Source of the DNA: Escherichia phage anhysbys
DNA length: 64,000 bases
Reading direction: 5' to 3' (one strand)
Sequence record: NC_052656.1
Part shown: piece after piece, positions 18,266 to 28,047 of the stretch
Layout of the letters: each line of letters opens with the position of its first letter
How positions within the stretch are numbered: position 1 is the stretch's first letter
Notes under the pieces: generated by a model
Seen by the model: the letters and a program-made list of their open reading frames with translations, nothing else
The model's database searches: none
What the model was told of the DNA's origin: nothing
Translations under genes and position numbers: made by a program

Positions 18266-19374
18266 TTACCAAGCCCTCGTTTCACAGCAGCTACCATCCC
18301 GTCTTCCAGAGATTGAACTTCATTAATATAATCAACACGAGCAGCACGGGCTTCCGTATTGATGCGGTTAGTTTCTTCCAGCATCTTAACCAAGTTTTCC
18401 TGATCGTGACGCAGAGTTTCAATATCCAACACTTGACGGTTAGCCAGTGCTGCTGCTTCGATCTGATTCTGTGTGGCAAGATCGCTACCCAGTTTAATTG
18501 CCAAGTTAAATTCATCAAGAACGTTATTCTGCGTCTCTGCTGCTTTCATTTGACGTAAGCTCTCGATATACATTGAGAAGTTAGCAGAGTAAGCAGGAAT
18601 AACATTATTTACTATGTTACGCGCAGATCGCATTAAGCTTGCAGAAACTTTTTGCATACCTTGTACACGCGGTCCCATTTGGACACACAGTAGGCGCAAT
18701 GCTTTTAAATCTGCAATACGAATCTCCAAGAGATCCAAAGTATCTCGGATCACTTGTCGCTGTTCTACTGCATCTTCTGGAAGAGCAGCCAAAGCTTGTT
18801 CTTCTTTTTCATAGGTTGCTGTTAGAAGCTGCATATCTCGGTTCAAACTTGCAGCATATTGTCCAATAGCTTGATGTAGCTTTTCAAGATATACCAAGGA
18901 ATCTTCTTCTTTGCGAATATCCATTTGAAGGTTCTTTACCAACTCTTCAATACGGTTATTAACATTATCAAACTCCCCGAACAGGTCTTCTTTCATACCC
19001 ATAACTTTTTTAATGAGTTTAGTAATACCTTTGCTTTGTTTAATAGAGTTTGGATCAAGTTGTTTTGCCTGTTTAATCAAAGCTGTGAGTCGTTCACTCA
19101 TCTGATCGCCTTGATTACTACGTTGATGTTTTAACACCTCGGCATTCAAGGAACGCAAGGTTGTTCCTGCCTCTGCCCCAATCTCTTCGATCTCTTGTCG
19201 GGTCATAGAAGGCAAAACTGGAACTTCTTGCGGTGCCGCTGGTGCATAAACAGGACTGGCATCTAACACGCTTGGAGCGAATACAGATTTACTTGCATCT
19301 GTTGTTGCAGCAAATACGCTCATTTCAGGCTTCTTCTGACCGCCAGTAGCTGCTTTTAAAAATGGACTTGTCAT
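18262..19374 (-). CDS. TelA-like (toxic anion resistance family) coiled-coil protein
   Basis: 370-aa alpha-helical protein; family assignment by overall resemblance only. Confidence 0.45.
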   Translation of the reverse strand: MTSPFLKAATGGQKKPEMSVFAATTDASKSVFAPSVLDASPVYAPAAPQEVPVLPSMTRQEIEEIGAEAGTTLRSLNAEVLKHQRSNQGDQMSERLTALIKQAKQLDPNSIKQSKGITKLIKKVMGMKEDLFGEFDNVNNRIEELVKNLQMDIRKEEDSLVYLEKLHQAIGQYAASLNRDMQLLTATYEKEEQALAALPEDAVEQRQVIRDTLDLLEIRIADLKALRLLCVQMGPRVQGMQKVSASLMRSARNIVNNVIPAYSANFSMYIESLRQMKAAETQNNVLDEFNLAIKLGSDLATQNQIEAAALANRQVLDIETLRHDQENLVKMLEETNRINTEARAARVDYINEVQSLEDGMVAAVKRGLGK

Positions 19375-19961
19375 TCTTCATTCTCCTCTTCTGCATCTCT
19401 TATATATGGTGAAACACCGTACTCTTTAGCTACTTTAACCCAATCGTCCCATTTATACAACCATAATTTTCCTTCGGTCCCTTCTTTATCTGATTTCAAC
19501 CACATATTAGGTTGCTTACCTGGGTACATGCGATTAGGTTTACGATTATAACCTCTAACACATCTTGTCGCAAACCTATCTACCAGAACAAGAACATATT
19601 TATACTCGTGGTTCAACGGCTCTTTGGAAGTGGCTTTAGGATTAGCCCCTAATTCTGCTGCCAGTTTTTGCCAATGAGCACCGTGCCTACTAAACTTACC
19701 CATACAACCATCAATAGCATGAGCAATTTCGTGCTTCATTGTATCCACGATCATATCTCTTGTGGAGTTCTTATGCAAGTGCCAATTTACAACAACAATT
19801 TTATCTCGGTAGTTGCACCAACCGAAAGAGTTATTCACTTTGTTTCTAACACAAGCTTTATATCCTGCTTCACGTAACATGCTGTAGTAAACAGGAAAAT
19901 CTTCTTTTATTTCCTGCATCACTTCCCACCACAAGAGTTGCAAGTCTCTCTCGGTATGCAT
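19371..19961 (-). CDS. SprT-like zinc metallopeptidase
   Basis: MKHEIAHAIDG ... HGAHW (HExxH ... HGxxW). Confidence 0.45.
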   Translation of the reverse strand: MHTERDLQLLWWEVMQEIKEDFPVYYSMLREAGYKACVRNKVNNSFGWCNYRDKIVVVNWHLHKNSTRDMIVDTMKHEIAHAIDGCMGKFSRHGAHWQKLAAELGANPKATSKEPLNHEYKYVLVLVDRFATRCVRGYNRKPNRMYPGKQPNMWLKSDKEGTEGKLWLYKWDDWVKVAKEYGVSPYIRDAEEENEE

Positions 19962-19964
19962 AAC

Positions 19965-20558
19965 TTACACCTTAAAAGCGAAATGCGTGGTCGTGGCTTC
20001 AAAATCAGGACCAGATAAACTTGCACTGAAATCTGAAATATTTGTAATTAAAAAGCTTTTATGCATACCTAACACAGCCACGCTTTCAATATCTTCTACT
20101 AACATTTCAATCATGTTAGAAACATGACTGAACGTATAGTTTTGTTTTTTGATGGTGTAGAAAGAAAGACTCCCACCTGCTGTATAAGATACCTCTTCAA
20201 AATCTTTAATCGTATATTGTGTGCCATCAGTAAAGAAAATGGTAGCTTTATTAGTAGCACGTTTCTTGTTTTTTGGTCCTTTTTTACGTTTACTGCGAGT
20301 AGGCAAACCATTTGGAAATACTGTAGCTACAAATTCTTCAGGAGAAACCTCCTTACCGAAATCATAACCGTAAGAAACAGCGTCTATAAACTCGTCGTCT
20401 TCATTTTTAAAATAATGAAAATAGGGCCAATTTGAGAGATTATCGAGCATCTTATGCTCATCCACAGCAGAGAACGTATCCCTCAAAGCACGTGTGATTT
20501 GCAAAGCATTAGGCAAACTTTTAACACCTGTAATGGAAGTACGAATAGAAATTGTCAT
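19965..20558 (-). CDS. Hypothetical protein
   Basis: 197-aa ORF with basic patch KRKKGPKNKKR. Confidence 0.4.
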   Translation of the reverse strand: MTISIRTSITGVKSLPNALQITRALRDTFSAVDEHKMLDNLSNWPYFHYFKNEDDEFIDAVSYGYDFGKEVSPEEFVATVFPNGLPTRSKRKKGPKNKKRATNKATIFFTDGTQYTIKDFEEVSYTAGGSLSFYTIKKQNYTFSHVSNMIEMLVEDIESVAVLGMHKSFLITNISDFSASLSGPDFEATTTHFAFKV

Positions 20559-20572
20559 TGTTTTTCTCCTTA

Positions 20573-21010
20573 TTAACGTCGCTTGCTACGAGATGAACTC
20601 TTTTTACTTAAAGGGCTATTGTAAGATTTACGAGTTGTATAGCTACTATTTGTTTTAAAAGTTTGTCTCGGCTTTTCATAAGTTTTTATCTCTTGCTTAG
20701 GCTTACCATAAAAATTAGTTTTCGGTTTAGGTGTATTATAATGCTTATTAATAATCGTTCTGTTATCGTTATAATCCCCACTGTTACGATTACTACCACC
20801 ACTCATCATATGCCCTAACAACATACCTGTAGCAAACTCACCGACACCGCTACTACTAGAACCGCCACCATTGTTGATAATAGTTGTATCTCCGTCAGAT
20901 CCTTGTTGAGCGTATTGTTGAGGAGGTTGTTGGTATTGTGCAGGATTTGTTTCATCCTCGCAAGCTGTTAAAAAGATACAACCAATTAAAATCAGGGCTA
21001 GTTTTTTCAT
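20573..21010 (-). CDS. Lipoprotein, Gly/Ser-rich (start moved to MKKLALI)
   Basis: Lipobox LTAC after hydrophobic leader; RBS GAGGAA. Confidence 0.5.
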   Translation of the reverse strand: MKKLALILIGCIFLTACEDETNPAQYQQPPQQYAQQGSDGDTTIINNGGGSSSSGVGEFATGMLLGHMMSGGSNRNSGDYNDNRTIINKHYNTPKPKTNFYGKPKQEIKTYEKPRQTFKTNSSYTTRKSYNSPLSKKSSSRSKRR

Positions 21011-21193
21011 ATTTGCTTTCCTCATTTTGACTATTAATACACCTGTGTTTGAAATCTCCAGAGAAGCAATAAAGTTGCTCTCCATCTCGGTATAAACTCA
21101 CTTTACTGCCGTTGATTACGCTTGTCAATACAAAAATTACAACAAACAACCCTATTGCAAAACAAATATTTTCAAACACAACCAACAAGTATT

Positions 21194-21544
21194 TCATTTT
21201 AAAAATACCTCATCATCAGTTTCATTATCCCAGAAGAACAAATCCCAACCATTCGGATCATTCCATTTGGCTGCTGGAGAAGTCCATATTTGTTCGATAT
21301 CAATATTCAAAACTTCACCGTTTCGTTTTGAAACAGCTTTAGTTAATTCCCAACGAGATACAGGCTCTACTTCTCCTGAACCACTTCCACAACAAGCTAC
21401 AACATTAGGAGGCAAATTAATTGGATCTTTGGTCACAATCATAACGCTTACCCCAGGGTAAACTTTTGAAAGATAATCTAAAACGTAATCCACATCACCA
21501 GATAAATCCCAAATAAGTTCTTGAATTTCATCAAAATTATTCAT
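21194..21544 (-). CDS. Hypothetical protein
   Basis: 116-aa ORF. Confidence 0.4.
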   Translation of the reverse strand: MNNFDEIQELIWDLSGDVDYVLDYLSKVYPGVSVMIVTKDPINLPPNVVACCGSGSGEVEPVSRWELTKAVSKRNGEVLNIDIEQIWTSPAAKWNDPNGWDLFFWDNETDDEVFLK

Positions 21545-21561
21545 AAGTCTCTCCTATAAAA

Positions 21562-21579
21562 TAGCCTCCCGAAGGAGGC
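21562..21579 (-). terminator. Hairpin downstream of terC
   Basis: agcctcc-ttcg-ggaggct then U-rich auuuuau. Confidence 0.45.
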
Positions 21580-21586
21580 TCATCTA

Positions 21587-22561
21587 TTAAACAGCAGCTT
21601 CTTCTTTTTCAGGGAAGATAAAGCTTGCAATAACACCAAGAGCTAATGTGCCTAGAACAATCATCAGACTTACGTTAGGGGAAATATCATGCGGGAGGAA
21701 TGACCATTTGGCATGAAGTGTTTCACCGAACGGGTGATACATAAGTTTAGCACCGACAAACACCAGAACCACAGCAACAGCTTTCTCTAAGTGAACCAGA
21801 TATTTCACAGCTACACTTAACACAAAGAAAAGTGCACGTAAACCAAGAACAGCCATCAGCATTGCAGAATAAACTAGCAGAGGTTCTTGTGTCACACCGA
21901 TCACAGCCGGAACTGAATCAAAAGAGAAGACAATATCTGTAAGCTCAATAACAAACACACAAAGAAGAGCAGGAGTTGCATATTTAATACCATTCTTAAT
22001 GGTGATGAACTTTTCACCATCCAGTGCATTGTGCACAGGCAGAACTTTACCTACTAAACGAACAGCCCAATGCTTAGAGTAATCAATATCCTCTTCTTCG
22101 TCACCACCTTTGATGATAGCCACGGCAGACCAAGCTACAATCAAACCGAACAACACTTGGACCGACCAATGAAGGTTAAACAAAGCGGTCCCTGCTGCAA
22201 CAAAAATACCTCGGAAGACAATGGCTCCTGCAATCCCCCAAAGTAAAATCTTATGTTGGAGATGTGTGCTCTTAATTCCAAAGCTTGCAAAAATTGCCAT
22301 GAACACCATCAGGTTATCTACAGAAAGACTCTTTTCCAACACATAGCCACTTAGGAAAAGCGCGGCAAACTCTTTACCATGTTCTACCCAAATGAATGCG
22401 TAATACCCTAAAGCTAAAGCAATCCAAAAAACAGACCAAAGCAAAGCAGATTTAATTCCAATTTCTTTATTCTCTTTATGACCAAAGAAATCGATACCAA
22501 TAGACAATGCCAAAATACCAACTAAAACAACTACATCAATAATTGGGAAACCGAGTTGCAT
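21587..22561 (-). CDS. terC: TerC-family integral membrane protein
   Basis: Multiple TM helices; EKSLSVDN motif. Confidence 0.65.
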   Translation of the reverse strand: MQLGFPIIDVVVLVGILALSIGIDFFGHKENKEIGIKSALLWSVFWIALALGYYAFIWVEHGKEFAALFLSGYVLEKSLSVDNLMVFMAIFASFGIKSTHLQHKILLWGIAGAIVFRGIFVAAGTALFNLHWSVQVLFGLIVAWSAVAIIKGGDEEEDIDYSKHWAVRLVGKVLPVHNALDGEKFITIKNGIKYATPALLCVFVIELTDIVFSFDSVPAVIGVTQEPLLVYSAMLMAVLGLRALFFVLSVAVKYLVHLEKAVAVVLVFVGAKLMYHPFGETLHAKWSFLPHDISPNVSLMIVLGTLALGVIASFIFPEKEEAAV

Positions 22562-22578
22562 TCTTTTCTCCTCTCTTT

Positions 22579-22637
22579 GCGGGGAACTATTCCCCGCTTC
22601 ATGTGATACATCTTACTCTTTTTAAGAACTGTGTCAA
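22579..22637 (-). promoter_or_regulatory. Promoter plus 5-prime stem-loop cassette (same type as in the 44-54 kb array) driving terC
   Basis: Minus strand reads TTGACA-16-TAAGAT-gtatcac...gcggggaatagttccccgc-aaagagaggagaaaaga-ATG. Confidence 0.55.
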
Positions 22638-22640
22638 CAC

Positions 22641-22862
22641 TTATTTTGTTGAATGAGAGGAAAAGATTCCTCGTAATACCGCCAGAATAAACGAAACACA
22701 AACCACGGTCCAGAAGGTTACTGGGACAGTGATATCTGCATGACCCATAACTTCAGCAACATAGTTGTAAGCCAGCAACAGTAACCAAGCTGGAATCAAA
22801 CTAAGCATAAAAGCAATAACAAAAAAGCTTACCACTGCAACAATACCTGCAAAAACACCCAT
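22641..22862 (-). CDS. Small membrane protein
   Basis: Two hydrophobic helices. Confidence 0.4.
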   Translation of the reverse strand: MGVFAGIVAVVSFFVIAFMLSLIPAWLLLLAYNYVAEVMGHADITVPVTFWTVVCVSFILAVLRGIFSSHSTK

Positions 22863-22874
22863 ACTAATCTCCTC

Positions 22875-23348
22875 TTAAAGTTTATAAATAGTCACATCGT
22901 GACCTGTTTTTACTAAAGTTTCTTCAATCATCACTTGGATGATAGCCCAATTACCTCCAGCATATCCAGCGCCAATCATAGGTAAGCCGATCTTACATTT
23001 TTGGTCACGGAGAAGCAAATCGTTAGCCATAGCTATTAGTGCATCGTAAAGTGCATCATAGTCCAACTGACGACCTTTAGCATTATATCCGTAACGGTAT
23101 TGCCCGTATAGATTATATACCAAAGGGTCTGATTGTTCGTCTGGCACCCCTAAACTAAAAGAACCTAACTTACTTTGATCACCAGCCATTGTGTCTAAAT
23201 CTGCCGCATATGCATAAGGGAATGCTCGTTTAATTTGCGGAGCAATTCCTGCTCCCATATTACACATACAATTGCAACAATGAGCAATAACAGTTACTTC
23301 ACCTGCTTTAGCGGCATCAATAAGATTACCTGTTTTCGTTTTAAGCAT
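22875..23348 (-). CDS. Macro-domain protein (start moved to ATG 23348 with AAGGAG RBS)
   Basis: VIAHCCNCMCNMGAGIA and GLPMIGAGYAGG resemble macro-domain ADP-ribose binding motifs. Confidence 0.5.
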   Translation of the reverse strand: MLKTKTGNLIDAAKAGEVTVIAHCCNCMCNMGAGIAPQIKRAFPYAYAADLDTMAGDQSKLGSFSLGVPDEQSDPLVYNLYGQYRYGYNAKGRQLDYDALYDALIAMANDLLLRDQKCKIGLPMIGAGYAGGNWAIIQVMIEETLVKTGHDVTIYKL

Positions 23349-23361
23349 TTTTAGCTCCTTA

Positions 23362-24189
23362 TTACAAGATGTGTTGTTTTGTGTAACGATCCAAGAATTC
23401 AAAGTTTTCAGCATACTTTGAAATTCGGTTGTAACCTTCTCCCAAACATCCGAAGAAAAGTTGCTCTACATAGTAGTGTGGCAATTGGCTAAGAATGATT
23501 TTGAAGTCTTCGTGATTTTGGCCCATAAGATACTTAATAGGACGAACAAGGCACTGTGCATCACGTTCTTCATTAATCATTTTAACAAACGCTTCTGGTG
23601 TATTAATGTAGTTAAAATTCAGTTTAGCTTCGGTATCTGCTTGATTACCTTCATATTTTGCAAAATACAAGAAGTAAACATCATTTTTAACTTGATTTTC
23701 ATCAAGGATCTCAATCAGTTTGTCTTCATGAGTTCCAGTGATATTTACATCATCAATAAACACAAGCTTCTTATCACCCCAGAATTCTTTGTTGCAGTAG
23801 AATGTATCCCCATCAATAAGTTTCTTACGACTAGCTTTATCCAAGAAACCATAATCGTTGATATAGCTAACTTTACGATGAATAATATCCAGTTCTGCTG
23901 AACGACCTTGATCATATTGTGATTGCAACATATTAAAGTAATTAATAAAATGATCTGTCATCATTGTTGCAGCATTATGCACATGGTTGTAAGGAGAAGG
24001 GATGATAACAAATTGTTCCCCAATATGTTTCATTGCCACTTGAGCAAAAAACTGAAGTGCCAATTCTTTACCCATACGACGCGCAGCCTGGTTACTACCA
24101 AATTTCAATTTTGAATAATCTTTAATATCAAAAGTAGCAGTTTCCAGGTCATCAAATTTATTTGCAAAAATTTGAGTTTGATTACGCAT
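23362..24189 (-). CDS. Type I phosphoribosyltransferase-like protein
   Basis: PRPP-binding loop KKLVFIDDVNITGTH. Confidence 0.5.
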   Translation of the reverse strand: MRNQTQIFANKFDDLETATFDIKDYSKLKFGSNQAARRMGKELALQFFAQVAMKHIGEQFVIIPSPYNHVHNAATMMTDHFINYFNMLQSQYDQGRSAELDIIHRKVSYINDYGFLDKASRKKLIDGDTFYCNKEFWGDKKLVFIDDVNITGTHEDKLIEILDENQVKNDVYFLYFAKYEGNQADTEAKLNFNYINTPEAFVKMINEERDAQCLVRPIKYLMGQNHEDFKIILSQLPHYYVEQLFFGCLGEGYNRISKYAENFEFLDRYTKQHIL

Positions 24190-24838
24190 TTACAATTTCT
24201 CCTCTTTTAAGTTTCTCTAGTAAGTCGTTAGGGTTCTTAATATGACAGAAGTTAAATCCTAAGTCAACACATTTTCCATCATATTCTTCACTATCGCCTA
24301 CGTGCAATACTTCGTGCCCTAACAGAGGGATCGGAGAATACGTGAGCGTGCGAGCAAAGAATCGCGGATCTGGTTTACAAAGTAAAGCTTCATCCGAGAA
24401 ATGGGTGAACTCAAAACAATTCCAACTATCAAACTTACAAGCACGACGCAGGATATCCCCTGATATGAAGTTGGTATTGCTCTTAATACTCAAATCATAA
24501 CGCCCCGAAAGATACAGCAAGTACATCGGCAGATACACGGCTACGTGTGGTGGAAACTTAAGGAACCACTGTTCACACTCGAAACGAAGCTTTGCAGACT
24601 TCCAAGGCGTTATCCCAAGTTCAGAACCAAGTTTTTCCCAGGCGTATGCTGCACACTCGGCTTTGCCTTGAAGTGCTGCATTATCCAGTTCCTTTTTGAT
24701 CTTCTTATAAGCTGCTCTTGCTTCCACTTCCGTAATATCTCCATATTTTGCGATAGTCCAGGCTCGCATATCTGCGTAATTGGAGTTTGCTGTGATCAGT
24801 GTGTTCCATACATCAAAAGAGATATGTTTAATAGTCAT
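24182..24838 (-). CDS. HAD-superfamily hydrolase-like protein
   Basis: N-terminal FDVWNTL (motif I variant) and HVGDSEEYD (motif IV-like). Confidence 0.4.
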   Translation of the reverse strand: MTIKHISFDVWNTLITANSNYADMRAWTIAKYGDITEVEARAAYKKIKKELDNAALQGKAECAAYAWEKLGSELGITPWKSAKLRFECEQWFLKFPPHVAVYLPMYLLYLSGRYDLSIKSNTNFISGDILRRACKFDSWNCFEFTHFSDEALLCKPDPRFFARTLTYSPIPLLGHEVLHVGDSEEYDGKCVDLGFNFCHIKNPNDLLEKLKRGEIVNA

Positions 24839-24839
24839 A

Positions 24840-25445
24840 TTAAGCCCACCATGCGTCTAAGTTAAGATTACTGTCCACTACCACTTGTTCTATGTGGTAG
24901 CCTTTTATCTGTATCCCACTGTTCAAGAGCATATCATACGCTTCATTGAAACGCAACTTATCTTCTGCGGAATATAAGCGAGCATTATAAAATCGGTAAT
25001 CAATTTCTTCAGCATTAGAAGAAATACGGAAGAAGTTTGTTTCTACTTCGGGATCACTTGCTGAAGTCTTAATGTGAACTTCTCCGTAATTTTCTTTACT
25101 TAGATCCATGAAAAGAACACAGGCAACATGTTTAAACATTCGTTCCAGTTTGTAACGAACAACATTGAAACCTGCATTCTCAAGTTTTTCTACACACTGC
25201 AACATTAAAGTAGTGTCGAGATCGCTTTGATACTTTGTTAACATACGATCACGTTGAGACTTTGTATCCCGATGTAAATCAATTGTTGTGCATTTGGCAC
25301 CAATAATCTTAGCTGCTTTCATCAACTCTTCAGAACTAACGTTAGATAAAGTAAGATGAAAATGGGCTTTCCACACTTTTTTAGCAGGGACACCAAAAGA
25401 TTTATCCCCACTATTCGGCATGTTGACTACTACACTATGTTGCAT
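24840..25445 (-). CDS. Putative 2H phosphoesterase (LigT-like)
   Basis: Two HxT/S motifs (HLTL near residue 30, HIKT near residue 125) at typical 2H spacing. Confidence 0.3.
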   Translation of the reverse strand: MQHSVVVNMPNSGDKSFGVPAKKVWKAHFHLTLSNVSSEELMKAAKIIGAKCTTIDLHRDTKSQRDRMLTKYQSDLDTTLMLQCVEKLENAGFNVVRYKLERMFKHVACVLFMDLSKENYGEVHIKTSASDPEVETNFFRISSNAEEIDYRFYNARLYSAEDKLRFNEAYDMLLNSGIQIKGYHIEQVVVDSNLNLDAWWA

Positions 25446-25460
25446 TACTTATCTCCTCAC

Positions 25461-25652
25461 TTAAAATGGAAGTCTTTGAAGTTCATCTCCTCCGATATCA
25501 AGTAATTTAGCAACATCTCGATCAGAAAGCAACTCTTTTCTTTGTAAAATATCCACAAGGGTTGCAAGAATGTCCTTAACGTCCCGATCACTGTTCTTCA
25601 AAAGTTCTCCTGCCGTCCCTACTCTATCTCCTACAGCAAAATATGTAACCAT
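25461..25652 (-). CDS. Hypothetical small protein (start moved to ATG 25652 with AGGAGG RBS)
   Basis: 63-aa ORF downstream of nrdG. Confidence 0.35.
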   Translation of the reverse strand: MVTYFAVGDRVGTAGELLKNSDRDVKDILATLVDILQRKELLSDRDVAKLLDIGGDELQRLPF

Positions 25653-25665
25653 GAAACCTCCTAAG

Positions 25666-26136
25666 TTAATCTGATTGCCAACCACTTGCCGTTTTGGTCC
25701 ATAATCTTTGATTATCTGACCCTCTGAAAGGTTTTGTAGTTGGATTGTTTATTTCATACTTTCCGTCTACAATGATGTCAACAAGATTTTTAATATACAA
25801 AGGCACTTCCTCAAAAGTATATCCTGTATACACCATTATATCTTTGCTTGACCCATAAACATCTCTAACCTTTTCTATAAGGTTTTTAACGTTGTAAATA
25901 TTCTGCGGATCTAATGGCTCTCCTCCTAAAATTGTTAAACCTTTTACAAACGGTCTTGACAAATCTTTTAAAACTTGCTCTACATTTTCGTGAGTGAACG
26001 GTTTCCCATAAGAATAAGACCAGGCTTTTTGGTTAAAACAGCCACGACAACCGTGGCTACAACCACTAACCCAGAGGGAGCACCTAACTCCCTCGCCATT
26101 AATAAGATCTACAGGTTCATATCCTGCAAAATTCAA
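25666..26136 (-). CDS. nrdG: Anaerobic ribonucleotide reductase activating protein (radical SAM)
   Basis: CSHGCRGC radical-SAM cysteine cluster; immediately downstream of nrdD. Confidence 0.8.
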   Translation of the reverse strand: MNFAGYEPVDLINGEGVRCSLWVSGCSHGCRGCFNQKAWSYSYGKPFTHENVEQVLKDLSRPFVKGLTILGGEPLDPQNIYNVKNLIEKVRDVYGSSKDIMVYTGYTFEEVPLYIKNLVDIIVDGKYEINNPTTKPFRGSDNQRLWTKTASGWQSD

Positions 26137-27947
26137 AGATGTTTCTCCCTTTGCAAAACTTCCTGCATTTTACCTTTGTTGTAAGGGCGTGAATTAGGGG
26201 CAGAAAGATACCCTGACACACGTCTAACTACAGAAATAGTTTCTTCTTCATGGTTGCCACAATCAGGACACTCAAACCCTTTAGCCGTTGCCTTAAATTC
26301 TCCATGAAAACCACACTTAAAGCATTGATCCACGGGCTGATTAATACCAAAATAGTGAATATGTTCATAAGCGTAGTCTACTAAAGTCTCCAAAGCTTCT
26401 AAGTTATTCTTTAAGTTTGGTGTTTCGACATAACTTATGTTACCACCATTACTAATCTGTGCAAAACCTGCTTCATAATCCCATTTTTCAAAAGGATTTG
26501 TTACCAACCACACAGGTTGATGAAAAGAGTTAGTAAGATAGTCTCTTTCTACCAAACCTGGGTATTTTTCATTTAAAGCTGTTGCAAACTTATAGCACAA
26601 AGATTCTGCTGGAGTTCCATAGAGACTAAACGCCAAATTAGATCGTTCTTTAAACACAGCACACACATCTTTCATATGTTGCAGAATGTTTTTACCAAGT
26701 TCCTTTTTATCTTTTTCTTCTGGATAAAGGATTTCCAAAGCTTCGGCAAGACCTACATAACCAATACTAATAGAAGCATAACCACCTTCAAACAAAACAC
26801 CAATTTCATCGTTGGCATTTAAACGCGCTAAAGCCCCTTCCATGAAAAGAATAGGGTTTTCAGATGCTTTGGTATGTCTGATACGGTTTACACGTAGCAT
26901 GTGAGCATCGTAGGCTATCTCCATATGTTTATTAAGAAGATCGGTGAAAGATTCTCCTTTACTTCTCGCTTCCGCAGCGATCAGAGGTAAGTTGATAGAA
27001 ACTACTCCAAGGTTGAATCGTCCATCGTATTTTTCTCCTTGTTCGGTGGCATAGTACGACAAAAAGGAACGACAACCCATACTCGTAACAGTGCCATCTG
27101 CTGATCCCGTAACTTCTTTGTTCAAAGGAACAGAAATAAAATCTGGATAAATACGATCAGCACAACATGCCAAAGCTTGTTGCTTAAGGTCATAGTTAGG
27201 ATCACTAGGTTTCATGTTAACACCTTCTTGTAAAAAGAAAATAACTTTAGGGAATACAGGCGTTACATGATCTTTGCCTAGACCATTACTATGCACTTTA
27301 AGATAGTTAGCTGTGATCATTCTGCCAAAAACAGAGGTATCCAGACCCATACTGATTGTAATAAAAGGAGATTGTCCATTAACACTCATTAAAGTATTAA
27401 CCTGATACAAGAGAGTTTGCATAGCATCATATACATCTTGTTCAGTCATTTCCAGGGCTTCTTTCCTTGCATAACAACCGTAGCGACGTTTGGTTATCTC
27501 CATGTTTTTAAGGAAACTAGCTTCAACATAAGGACTAAGACCTTTATCAATGTGCGCACACGTCTGACCTCCATACTGACTGGAGGCAACAGCTTGGATA
27601 ATTTGAGTTAGCACTGTGGTAGCTACTCCAATAGATTTTGGTTTTTCTATCTGTGCGGCTCCGATCTTAAAACCATTCTCTAACATATCTTGATAATTAA
27701 CAAGACAACAGTTTGTAAGAGGAGAGAGTAGATAATCCAAGTCGTGAATATGTCCAAAACCTTCTGTATGCCATTCTGACAAGTTTTTTGGCAGTATCTG
27801 TGTCATTGCCATATGTTTGCTTAAAATCCCCGCCAAGAGATCCCTGTGCGTGTTAACAAGGTGGGAAGGTTTGTTTGCATTCTCTCTAGTGTATGTTTCT
27901 GAAGTGCGATCTAAAAAAGAAAAAACATCTTGGTACAAATCTTTCAT
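26133..27947 (-). CDS. nrdD: Anaerobic ribonucleoside-triphosphate reductase (class III)
   Basis: 604 aa; C-terminal zinc ribbon CFKC...CPDC and glycyl-radical motif RVSGYL. Confidence 0.85.
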   Translation of the reverse strand: MKDLYQDVFSFLDRTSETYTRENANKPSHLVNTHRDLLAGILSKHMAMTQILPKNLSEWHTEGFGHIHDLDYLLSPLTNCCLVNYQDMLENGFKIGAAQIEKPKSIGVATTVLTQIIQAVASSQYGGQTCAHIDKGLSPYVEASFLKNMEITKRRYGCYARKEALEMTEQDVYDAMQTLLYQVNTLMSVNGQSPFITISMGLDTSVFGRMITANYLKVHSNGLGKDHVTPVFPKVIFFLQEGVNMKPSDPNYDLKQQALACCADRIYPDFISVPLNKEVTGSADGTVTSMGCRSFLSYYATEQGEKYDGRFNLGVVSINLPLIAAEARSKGESFTDLLNKHMEIAYDAHMLRVNRIRHTKASENPILFMEGALARLNANDEIGVLFEGGYASISIGYVGLAEALEILYPEEKDKKELGKNILQHMKDVCAVFKERSNLAFSLYGTPAESLCYKFATALNEKYPGLVERDYLTNSFHQPVWLVTNPFEKWDYEAGFAQISNGGNISYVETPNLKNNLEALETLVDYAYEHIHYFGINQPVDQCFKCGFHGEFKATAKGFECPDCGNHEEETISVVRRVSGYLSAPNSRPYNKGKMQEVLQREKHL

Positions 27948-28047
27948 TATTAATCCTTATTTTGTGAGTAGAACTATTATTCTACCTCTTCCAACCGAAA
28001 AAAGCTTTGAGGAAAATCAAAAAAGGCGCAAAGTGCGCCTTTAAGTT

